Source of the DNA: Tubiluchus corallicola
Lineage: Eukaryota; Animalia; Priapulida
NCBI GenBank assembly: GCA_030141605.1
Contig: JAQGDQ010000043.1
Location: 558,001-622,000 of the forward strand
Reading direction: 5' to 3'
DNA length: 64,000 bases
In this document: positions 13,561-23,021 of the stretch, in pieces
How positions within the stretch are numbered: the stretch's first letter is position 1
How the letters are laid out: each line of letters opens with the position of its first letter
Program-made: the position numbers and the translations under genes
Notes under the pieces: generated by a model
Told to the model about the DNA's origin: nothing
The model's input: only the letters and a program-made list of their open reading frames with translations
Databases searched by the model: none

Positions 13561-15937
13561 TGCAGGCTTGTCTTTATCATCGCCATCGCCATCAGCGTTG
13601 TTGCCATCGAAGAAAGTGCATTCTCTAAAAATAACTATTAAAATAATAGCTAAACCATATTCTAAGCCAAGAAGAAACATAAATAAATACATATATAGAA
13701 AAAATGCCGAAATGACAGAAGAAATATTATATCGTTGATTCTCTTCTGGCACAAAAAGTCACAAGTATACGCAAATTCCGGTCCGGTCCGCTGCTGGGTT
13801 TCTAAACCATTCAAACATGTTTTCTCTTGCGACATTGAACTTGAATAATAAGCCTTAGGCACTGGTTTCCTAGTCTAGACTAAAACCAAATACTAAACAA
13901 CCGTTACGATACATTTAGGATGAGATTATAGGTTTAAAAAGGCATACCGACCCATAGGCTGCAAACCATCTGTCTAGAGCTCGTAGGGTTCAAAATAATT
14001 TGAGGTCACAACAGGTAATGGCGTGTAGATTTTGCTGTGTAGTGGCGCCGCCGCCGCGAGATATGAACATGTAGTTAGTGACCGCCAGCAACTGCCTGGG
14101 AACGCATTTTATAATAATTTTAGTTTCCACATAGTAATAATTACGCAAGTGTTGAAGCTAGTAATTTGTTCGTACAGTAGGCAATTTTCTGCACAACGAG
14201 AGCAAAGGCAGTCTTGGCATTTTACATCGGACAAAATCAAATACTGTCTATATCAAGCAATAAGATTTAATAACAGTTATAGTGAAAATCACATTAAATA
14301 ATTGCGACTGAGGGCGGACCTAAAGAGTATTTACATTATTAGTAAATTGCACAACGACTGTGCGATCACAGTGCTGTCACAAATCATAGCTCCGCCTCGA
14401 TTAAATCAACTCACTATGTAATGGAAATGGTAGCCAATTTTAAAAAGTATCAATTAGGAAGATTCACAGAAGACGTATAATCAAGCTCGCTATTTTTGCT
14501 GAATAATTAACAGTTGCGTGTCTTTTAGTAAAAGGTAGAAAATGACTGATTGAGAAAAAGAACTAAATGCAACGCTAAGACACTGCTGTTGTTATTCTTA
14601 TATCTTATACCATGAAAGCGTTCTTGGATACTGCTACTGTAAAACTTGTAATCTGAAAACTGAACAGATTTGTGTGGGAGTTCCGCAAACTGACAGACTT
14701 ATAGGTGGTGCACATGCGCAGACTTCTTTAGAACGTCAACATTTTGCAATGTGTCACGTTTTTTAACTCCTGGGTCAGAAGTAAAACTTTGCCTTTCTCT
14801 CACATTCCATTCCCACTCCCCTGCCTCCCTCTCTTTTTCTCTCTCCTCTTTCCACGTTTCTTGTCTTTCTTCTTCTATCTCTACCCCCTCACAGTCTATA
14901 TTTTTCTTTACTCCTTTGCAGTCTTTTCATTCTCTTTCTCTTTTGTGTTTTGTGTCTTGGAAATGATATATCTTTTTTATCTATACAAAACTTACGTAGC
15001 TTTTTAGTGACATGTCTATTATTTTACTATAATTATTGCTAATTAAACTTATTATTAGTAATCTCAATATAATACAGCAACATGATATAATATAATCTCA
15101 CGAAAAATCGGGCTAAGCGCTTCCTTTTCATATTAACAAATTTGAGCAACGTCTTTGGTAATAATGTCCACGAATGACAAGCATAAGAACAAATTTTTGT
15201 ATAGTCGACTGACAGTTAGATAAAAAAATCAATTTTCTCTAAGACTTAAAAGCATTTTAGTGATAAATTTAGCAACATTTCGCGTCACAATAATTATGTA
15301 CGTTGAAAGAATAATGCTTACAAACAAGACGTTTCTATAATAAGCGTAGCATCCATTTGCGTTACATGTACAATTATGTGCATACTTAATTCCTAAAAGC
15401 AATATGAGCTTTGAGTGTGAACGAGTGCGCAAAATTTGTGCTTGAATACAATGCCATACTATAGCACCCTTCTAACAGATTTTTCCTGTACTTATACGCA
15501 CTTATAAGAAATAAGAAAAGCCCTCGAGAACTTGAGTGAGAAAGATTGCCTATAGCATCAACGCCACCCAAGTTTGCTTGGACAAATTTCACAAACTCTG
15601 AGACGCTGTGAAAACAACTTTCATTTCTGAGCACGTGATCTCAGTCTGACAAAGGATAAAATATTGGACGAATAAAAGAAGACAGAGTTGAAGAGAAAGA
15701 GTATCACAAACGTTCAAGTCATTTTTATTTTGCAATTTTTTTCAAACGTCATTATTCACTGAGCATGTATAATTAAGGTTTACTGCATTTCAACATGCTT
15801 AGAGCTTATCCTACAGATACTATTGCCTTTCAGAAATGCTATTTATTTTTAAAACACAAATGTGAAGAGTTTCACTTCATAAACAGCCGACTTTGTAATA
15901 TTTTTTAAATTTTTGTTGGAAAAATTTTCGCCATTAA

Positions 15938-17031
15938 TTATATTATATTATATTGTATTGTATTGTATTGTATTGTATTGTATTGTATTGTATTGTATTG
16001 TATTGTATTGTATTGTATTGTATTGTATTGTATTGTATTGTATTGTATTGTATTGTATTGTATTGTATTGTATTATATTATATTGTATTATATTATATTA
16101 TATTATATTATATTATATTATATTATATTATATTGTATTATATTGTATTATATTATATTATATTATATTATATTATATTATATTATATTATATTATATTA
16201 TATTATATTATATTATATTATATTATATTATATTATATTATATTATATTATATTATATTATATTATATTATATTATATTATATTATATTATATTATATTA
16301 TATTATATTATATTATATTATATTATATTATATTATATTATATTATATTATATTATATTATATTATATTATGTTATATTGTATTGTATTATATTGTATTA
16401 TATTATATTGTATTGTATTGTATTGTATTGTATTATATTATATTATATTATATTATATTGTATTGTATTGTATTGTATTGTGTTGTGTTGTGTTGTGTTG
16501 TGTTGTGTTGTGTTGTGTTGTGTTGTGTTGTGTTGTGTTGTGTTGTGTTGTGTTGTGTTGTGTTGTGTTGTGTTGTGTTGTGTTGTGTTGTGTTGTGTTG
16601 TGTTGTGTTGTGTTGTGTTGTGTTGTGTTGTGTTGTGTTGTGTTGTGTTGTGTTGTGTTGTATTGTGTTGTGTTGTATTGTGTTGTGTTGTATTGTATTG
16701 TATTGTGTTGTATTGTATTGTATTGTATTGTATTGTATTGTATTGTATTGTATTGTATTGTATTGTATTGTATTGTATTGTATTGTATTGTATTGTATTG
16801 TATTGTATTGTATTGTATTATATTATATTATATTATATTATATTATATTATATTATATTATATTATATTATATTATATTATATTATATTTATATTATATT
16901 ATATTATATTATATTATATTATATTATATTATATTATATTATATTATATTACATTACATTACATTACATTACATTACATTATATTACATTATATTATATT
17001 ATATTATATTATATTATATTATATTATATTA
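15938..17031. repeat. ~1.1-kb compound pentanucleotide microsatellite (TATTG/TATTA/TGTTG/CATTA)
   Basis: Direct reading. It explains the three overlapping Y/I/L/C/V ORFs. Confidence 0.98.
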
Positions 17032-17173
17032 CAGCGTACTGCAGGGCTGTGATGAGATGAAGTGTAATACTGGCAGGGGAATACAGCAGACTTACTTCTC
17101 AGGTGTGCGTGTGAACGTGGCTTTATCTAGCACATAGACTCTTATTCTGACCTTGTGTTAGTAGGAGCCACTA

Positions 17174-17230
17174 GTCACGTGCACACTTGAGCTTATAAAA
17201 AGGGTAGGTCTGCTGTAGATCCTTGTCAGT
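17174..17230 (+). promoter_or_regulatory. Core promoter: E-box GTCACGTG, TATA box, Inr-like TCAGT
   Basis: GTCACGTG at 17174-17181, TATAAAAAGGG from 17194, TCAGT at 17226-17230, followed by a GTAAG...TTAG 5'-UTR intron (17289-17369) just before ATG 17377. Confidence 0.6.
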
Positions 17231-18638
17231 GGTCGTCTCATCGCAGCTCTGTTCACATTTCAGGCTTTGCTCTATCCTATTCTGTTCGGTAAGCTATCTG
17301 AAATATTTTGTAATAAATTGTCATTTTGATTTTATTATTCATTTTGGTTTTGGTTTGGCATTGACTTAGTTGAGACATGCCGCACGGTGTAGGCCGCGGT
17401 GCCATCCATCTTGCCTCCATTAAAAGCGGAGAGCAGTCCACTGGTGTCAGAACAAGTGGGATGTTACCCTCATCTGGGCATTCCGATTATTGTACTGTGG
17501 TTAATGTTGACTTAGAACGGTTACAACACTGTCAGCTTGTCGATTTTCTATTAGAACAGAGTGTGTATTCTTCTAATGGTCAAGAATTAAGGGGCACTGC
17601 CTTGGATTCTACGGAACATTGCTATAGTTTTGATGTTAGTTGTACTAATAATGAGGATGCATTGTCGATCTGTGCTTGTAATACAACTAATCCTTTTGTT
17701 ACTTGCCCTGTGCATAACCTTTGTACTGAAAAGCATGCAGCGAAGCCACCTGAATGTTCAAGTAGGCAAAGCCAAGGTCAGCTACCTTTGCTACCTGCTA
17801 CTTCACAACATTCCCCTTCCCAGCCTAGCGTGAGTACTTGGGGCATGTCTAATATTGATTTTCTTTCAGGGCACGCGGCTAGCGATCCAAATGCAGCATT
17901 GGGCACGCGAGTTAGTCCAAGTAATCAAAATTTTGGGCAAAATTTCGCGTCAGATACTTATCAGTCAGACAACAGTTGTCTAGTATTTCTGAGAGTTTTC
18001 AAGACCTGCGAAATGTGGTTGCTACGCTGCCTCAGGCAATTTCCAGTGCCATTTTGGATTTTACTGCATGTCGCGAACCACATGTCGTCTACAACAGGTG
18101 ATACTTTGGCAAAGAAGCCTCTTTTGGGTTCTACCCATTTAATGGCGAATACTGACACTGCTGACGCGCAGCATCAAAATCAAGGGTCTAGCCAGATTCA
18201 AAGTGTGCGTTTTGAAACTGGCCTAAGCAATCTAGACCAGTCTTTCGAGCCCATTTTGCGGACTTCCGGTTGTTCTACTGCACTTACAGTTGAGTCCATT
18301 CGGGCTACGTCTAAACGAGTAACAGAAAACGAACCCCCAAGCAAAAGCTCGATTATTATATTTTGTCAGATTTCACAGGCGTCGGATCTGTTCACCTGTG
18401 TGTTGCCTTTTGACTCGAGTCAAACTTGCCAAATTCCAAATTCTTCCGTAAAGATACGGCATCCGTCAATTCCGTGGGAACTGGATTTCTCCAGACCCAA
18501 CAAAACTCGCCTTTTCGATACCGTAAAGGTACGGTATCCACCGGCTAGTCATAGAGTAGTCGGATTTCCCCTAGGTATAAACCTTTCACACGTTTGGATG
18601 TAAGAACTCGAGTGGTAACATCCTGCGCAGGAGATGAC

Positions 18639-21600
18639 CTAGGTCTCCCTCCTTTGCCTTCCCAGGAACTTTCTAAACACCATACATGAGCCTCTAATCG
18701 CCGAGCGGACTAGTTTGGCTCTGACGTTCAGAAGACCGAGTGTCTTCAGGAGAACGTCGTTCTCTCCTCCTGCCCATTCCCCACGAAAGCCCACACAGAT
18801 GCCGTGCGACGAGGCAGTGGCAGAGCCGCACCGCTGTTTGACGGCATCGAGGATCGGTTCGTACTTCAGGGCCTTCTCCCTGCACCTGGCCCTAAGCGAG
18901 TAGATGTTTCCTGCTGCCGAGATGGTCGGATCGATAACGTACGTATGACCACCTTTGGTCGCCAGGATGTCGGGGTGGTACCTTGTTCTGTTGATCTCGA
19001 ACCAAGGTTCCCTGACGACCGTAAAGCCCTGCCCCTTCAAGGCTTCGGCGAGCACCTCGCACAGTGCATTGTGCCTTCGTGATATGGCATTGTTTACTGT
19101 TATGCACTGTTGAAGTACGTGAACCTGACTCTCTGCATGTCTCCCGCACCTGCGACATCTCCTGAGTGCATTGGGTTGTCCTCTCGTGGTGTTAACTCTA
19201 ACTGGTAGAGAGTTGGTGATCATCTTGAGAACCAAGATATAATCACCCCCGCTCAGGAGTGTGCTGCTACGTAGGTAATGGGTACTCAGTGGGTCAGCAG
19301 ACACGGCTGCAAAACCCTTCCCATGCACTTTACCGTTGAATGCCGATAGATGTCTGCGATCGTTATCCCTTTTTGCACGATTTATGTCTTTTGCGTTACT
19401 GTAGGCTTCGAGGCTCGCCACCCTCTTAGCCCACGCAAGCTCCCTATTCCACACTGGAGCAGATGCACTCATGTTCACCAGCGGATCTGGTGAGGCCTGC
19501 AATCGGCTGAGCATCTTGACTTTCATCAAAGGAACATCCTTTTCAAGACAAGAAAATCCCAGCCCTCCCTTCTTCATTGGCATGTAGAAGAATGCATTCG
19601 GGACATCCGTCGCCATATGAAGTATACGTTTTAGGCTTGATCTTATAAGCCTGTCTGCTCCCTTGAGGCCATTCATATGAACCTCACATATACGGAAGTG
19701 GTATGTCAGACGCGGAATCACATATTGTCTGATCATATCCACCTTTTGTTGAGGTTTGAGTGGTGCCCCTTCCACTCTTATAAGCCATGGTTTAAGGGGC
19801 TTGGTGTCCATGGTGGGTCGTCCCTTAGCAGTCATAGGAATTCCCAGGTATTTGTATGCATCACTGACTACCAGCATTGGAATAGGAGTCTGGCTGATCT
19901 CCCATGTGGGTTCTATTAGCACTTTCATAGCCTTTCGCCGGTATGCCTTGACTAGTCTCATGGCTTTGCATTTGTTGGCGTTTAAAGCCATGCCTCGTTT
20001 CGTGAAGAAGCCATTGGCTGTCTCCAACAAAACTCCCATGCCATGTTTTGAGCCTGACATTAGGACTAGGTCGTCAGCAAAACCAACTATAGCCACTTGG
20101 TGCTCGTCAATCCCATAGCCAAATCGAGAACCGACTTTCGAGATCAGTTCGTCGATTACCAGGTTGAAAAGCAGGGGTGATAGCGGGCATCCCTGCTTAA
20201 CACCTGATGTGATGCTAATACGGCGGGTATTTGCTTCCGGTATCGATATCCGTGTAGCAGCACCCGTATACATATCCCCAATGATTTGCTGAACCTGCTC
20301 TGGAAGGCCGAACCTTCGCATTGCCCTCACGATCGAGGTGTGAGGAACCGTGTCAAACGCCTTTGCTAAGTCGAGGAATGCGATGTTTAATTCCCTATGA
20401 CTTGCTCGGGCATGCCGAATCACGGTGTTTAGGAGAGTCAGGTTTTCGGAACAGCCGTCTCTTGGTTGGAAGGCTCTCTGGAGTGGGTTGAGCTTGACCG
20501 TTGCCTGGATTCTGGTGGTTAGAATCTTGGCATACCACCTGAGCAATAGGGATCCGATTGTGATAGGCCGCCAGTTACTGACGTCCTGCAAGCCCTCAGC
20601 AGACTTGGGGAGGAGGGTGGTACGGCATTCCTTCAGGCTGTTTGGGACCTTCTTTAGGAATTGCCATACCTTGAAAACAAGTGTTATCGCACCCTTGCTT
20701 ACCCTCCGGAGGGCTTGCATCGTGACCCCCCTATCCGGACCTGGAGACGAATTGGACTTCATGGCTTTGAATGTTTTTGCCACTTCCTCTTGTGCTATGG
20801 GAGCACAGAGGCTGTTTGGATCTTCACACGGTTTAAAGTCCTCGATGGGTTCGTCGTCTGGTAGGGAAGGTTTCTCGAATCTCTGGATGTACGTTTGCTC
20901 TATGCAGTCAATGGGAGGATACTTGACTTCCAGGGGTGCATCATCGAGTACGACATTCGCAAGCTTGCGTCTGTCTCTTTGATACAGTCTCTGGTACGTC
21001 TTATACCTTTCCCTCCTGCGTTTTTGGCAGTTAGCGGGTCGATCGGGAGCTCTCCTAACAGGACGAGGTCTGGCTGGTTGTGGACGGGCGTCCACCGGGA
21101 ACCATGCCTCACTCAGTGCCTGAAAGGCCCCATCCAAATCGCCACCTCCCAATGCAGCTCTAGCGAATGCCAGAGCCGCAACCATGTCACTACGATTTTG
21201 CATATTTCCAGTTTCTATATCCCTTTCGATACTTTCTCTAAGTGTGTCCCGGTTTGCCAGCTGTTCCTCACCAGGTTCCCGGCTTGCCCTCACACCGGGT
21301 TGTGGTCCATCAACTCGATGCTCTCTCCCTGCCATTTCGTTAACATTTACCTCGGCAGTTCTTAACCCATCTCTTAGAGTGCGGTAGCGTACAGACTTCC
21401 TCATTGTGGCTATGGCCCCAACTGTGCGGTGGGGCAGTTTCTCGTGGAGAAACATGTTGAGCCCCTTAACAGATGTTTCCCTTCCTAGGAACTCAAGTTC
21501 CTGTTCGGCCATTAGCCTCATTTCATCGTCCGTCCACAGGGTACCTGAACCACCTGCCCGTTTCTCCCTGGGTCCAGGGTGTGCACATCGACGATGCTGT

Positions 21601-22061
21601 TGGCATCCCGCACCTGCCCGTTTCTCCCTGGGTCCAGGGAGACTGCTGTTATATTTGGCAGGGTGTGCACATCGACGATGCTGTTGGCATCCCGCATGAG
21701 TGTTAAAGGTACGGGAGCATTCTGGACAGCTGTGTGCACCACCCTGAGGCGGTTCAGTCCCCTCGCTTGCCACACTCTGGGAGCAGTACCTGTAATGGGT
21801 ACTAGCACTCGAGTATGATGGCCACAGTTTTTCACACTTCATACATTCAAATTCCAGCCTATGGACGCCCAATCCATGGCTAAACTTCACGTGCGATTTC
21901 GCCGACTTCCAGTCGGGAATCGCCTTCCCACACACAGGACAGCGGTCGTTGACCTGCGCAGGATATTTGAGTATAATCCGTTTATCAGTATCGTTGTCCT
22001 TTAACGTACCATTAGTCGCCGTCGAGGTTTCTCGCGCAACCTCGCCGTTTCCCAAAACCAA
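18639..22061 (-). CDS. R2-type polyprotein: 3 zinc fingers (CCHH, CCHC, CCHH), Myb, reverse transcriptase, CCHC knuckle, restriction-like endonuclease
   Basis: CPVC..H..H, CMKC..H...C, CPEC..H....H; Myb W(TDDEMRLMA); RT motifs PGPD, NWRPIT, FLDLAKAFD, GVKQGCPLSP, FADD, YKYLG; CRRC...HVLQQC; RHN...PD...D RLE motif. No internal stops over 1140 aa. Confidence 0.97.
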   Translation of the reverse strand: MVLGNGEVARETSTATNGTLKDNDTDKRIILKYPAQVNDRCPVCGKAIPDWKSAKSHVKFSHGLGVHRLEFECMKCEKLWPSYSSASTHYRYCSQSVASEGTEPPQGGAHSCPECSRTFNTHAGCQQHRRCAHPAKYNSSLPGPREKRAGAGCQQHRRCAHPGPREKRAGGSGTLWTDDEMRLMAEQELEFLGRETSVKGLNMFLHEKLPHRTVGAIATMRKSVRYRTLRDGLRTAEVNVNEMAGREHRVDGPQPGVRASREPGEEQLANRDTLRESIERDIETGNMQNRSDMVAALAFARAALGGGDLDGAFQALSEAWFPVDARPQPARPRPVRRAPDRPANCQKRRRERYKTYQRLYQRDRRKLANVVLDDAPLEVKYPPIDCIEQTYIQRFEKPSLPDDEPIEDFKPCEDPNSLCAPIAQEEVAKTFKAMKSNSSPGPDRGVTMQALRRVSKGAITLVFKVWQFLKKVPNSLKECRTTLLPKSAEGLQDVSNWRPITIGSLLLRWYAKILTTRIQATVKLNPLQRAFQPRDGCSENLTLLNTVIRHARASHRELNIAFLDLAKAFDTVPHTSIVRAMRRFGLPEQVQQIIGDMYTGAATRISIPEANTRRISITSGVKQGCPLSPLLFNLVIDELISKVGSRFGYGIDEHQVAIVGFADDLVLMSGSKHGMGVLLETANGFFTKRGMALNANKCKAMRLVKAYRRKAMKVLIEPTWEISQTPIPMLVVSDAYKYLGIPMTAKGRPTMDTKPLKPWLIRVEGAPLKPQQKVDMIRQYVIPRLTYHFRICEVHMNGLKGADRLIRSSLKRILHMATDVPNAFFYMPMKKGGLGFSCLEKDVPLMKVKMLSRLQASPDPLVNMSASAPVWNRELAWAKRVASLEAYSNAKDINRAKRDNDRRHLSAFNGKVHGKGFAAVSADPLSTHYLRSSTLLSGGDYILVLKMITNSLPVRVNTTRGQPNALRRCRRCGRHAESQVHVLQQCITVNNAISRRHNALCEVLAEALKGQGFTVVREPWFEINRTRYHPDILATKGGHTYVIDPTISAAGNIYSLRARCREKALKYEPILDAVKQRCGSATASSHGICVGFRGEWAGGENDVLLKTLGLLNVRAKLVRSAIRGSCMVFRKFLGRQRRET

Positions 22062-22571
22062 GCCGGCTATATCATTATTGTTTTCTGTAACAGATTAATA
22101 GTTCTACCATTTGGGGTTGTTAGCCCCTCATGGAGGGGTCCTATGCCGAGACCCAGCGGCTGGACAGTTTCTTCTCCTCCGCCCGACTGGGAGCCGGGCC
22201 GCCCTGAGGTATGGTGCGTCTCCTTAGCCATTTGACGGTGGAATATGGCCGGTTGGCACCCTGTAAAGGGTAGGAGCACGACTTGCAACTCAGACTGGGG
22301 GGTTGCCCTCCCAACCTCCGGCCAGTCCGCAACCTTTGTAAGCTTGTTACCCAGCAAGCTTAAGCCGTAAGTGGCATTACCCGTGGTGCACTTCCACTTT
22401 TGTTCTCGATACTTGGATGTTTCCCATGCGTCTCCTAAGCCACTTGGTTATAAAATGTGGCTGGTTGGCACCCTCGTAAGGATTAGGAGTACGGCTTGCT
22501 CGACAGTCTGTGAGGTTGCCCTCTCAACCTCCGCCTGGGACGAAATCAAAGCCAGACTGCAACCTTTTACC

Positions 22572-22620
22572 CCGCAAGGTGCACTACTGGTGGTGCCCTT
22601 CCGTCAATTCCTTTAAATTT
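22572..22620 (-). other. 18S rRNA-derived segment inside the element 5' UTR (not an rRNA gene)
   Basis: TTAAAGGAATTGACGGAAGGGCACCACCAG (22616-22587) is identical to the universal eukaryotic 18S segment as recalled. Similarity continues with mismatches (TAGTGCACCTTGCGG vs GAGTGGAGCCTGCGG). Confidence 0.9.
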
Positions 22621-22648
22621 AAGATTCACCCCCGGTCGAGGGTGACGT

Positions 22649-22759
22649 CCTACGTTAGCCTTCCGAGTAAAGTTGCCCGGTTGGGACCGCTGGGAGGTGT
22701 AGGCACGATTTTCCGACTCAAAGCTCATTAGTATAGCAACAAGTTCGACCTTTGCAACC
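22649..22759 (-). ncRNA. HDV-like self-cleaving ribozyme at the 5' end of the R2-like element
   Basis: P2 CCUAC/GUAGG; P3 ACC/GGU with L3 UCCCAGC; P1 3' strand CCCAACC; GGGCAAC junction as in genomic HDV; short P4 CUUU/GAAG; J4/2 GCUAA with the catalytic C at 22658. Best P1 5' strand is GGUUG at 22759-22755. Confidence 0.8.
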
Positions 22760-23021
22760 AGGATTGCATTTCCAGTGTCTATTGAGACGAGAATTAAACT
22801 GGGCAGGATTGGAGGGTTGAACTACAGTGTCAGTCAGCGTGTTCCACTCATTAATTACTCGCCTTGCAAATGTGAATCTCCTACTCCACCTTTGGGGAAC
22901 TGTTCTCTTTTTGATTTTGTAGGAGAGACCTCTGGTACCATGATATGTCTCTCGATGGAAAAATATTTTGCTGTTGATGGTTTCTGTACCTTTTAAGGAT
23001 ACGAAATGTTTGGATTAAATG

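Larger units (their letters stand above)
18361..22719 (-). mobile_element. Full-length R2-superfamily (R2-A/R8-like) non-LTR retrotransposon inserted outside rDNA
   Basis: Intact ORF, structured UTRs, 5' HDV-like ribozyme, 3' end ...GACAAAA. Imperfect TSD AAAGCTC(G)ATTA(T/G)TATA at 18344-18360 and 22720-22735; an alternative TSD at 18340-18352 and 22735-22748 shifts the ends by ~10-15 nt. Confidence 0.92.
17377..22996 (+). pseudogene. Orphan Ser/Cys-rich gene (~410 aa before insertion) interrupted by the R2-like element
   Basis: ORF 17377-18360 joins in frame with 22736-22996 (..ATSSTFATRIAFPVSIETRIKLG..TF*) once the element is removed. Promoter and intron upstream, ATTAAA at 23014-23019. 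No recognisable domain. Confidence 0.55.

Noticed and set aside
15913-17137. Three 365-394-aa Y/I/L/C/V ORFs
   Set aside because: Translations of a stop-free pentanucleotide microsatellite.
18694-21835. Short ORFs overlapping or antisense to the R2 ORF
   Set aside because: Shadow ORFs of a GC-richer coding region; no motifs.
22572-22620. 18S rRNA gene or rDNA locus
   Set aside because: Only ~50 nt match; no other 18S, ITS or 28S sequence on either side.
18300-22800. Canonical R2 insertion in 28S rDNA
   Set aside because: Neither flank shows TATGACTCTCTTAAGG or TAGCCAAATGCC.
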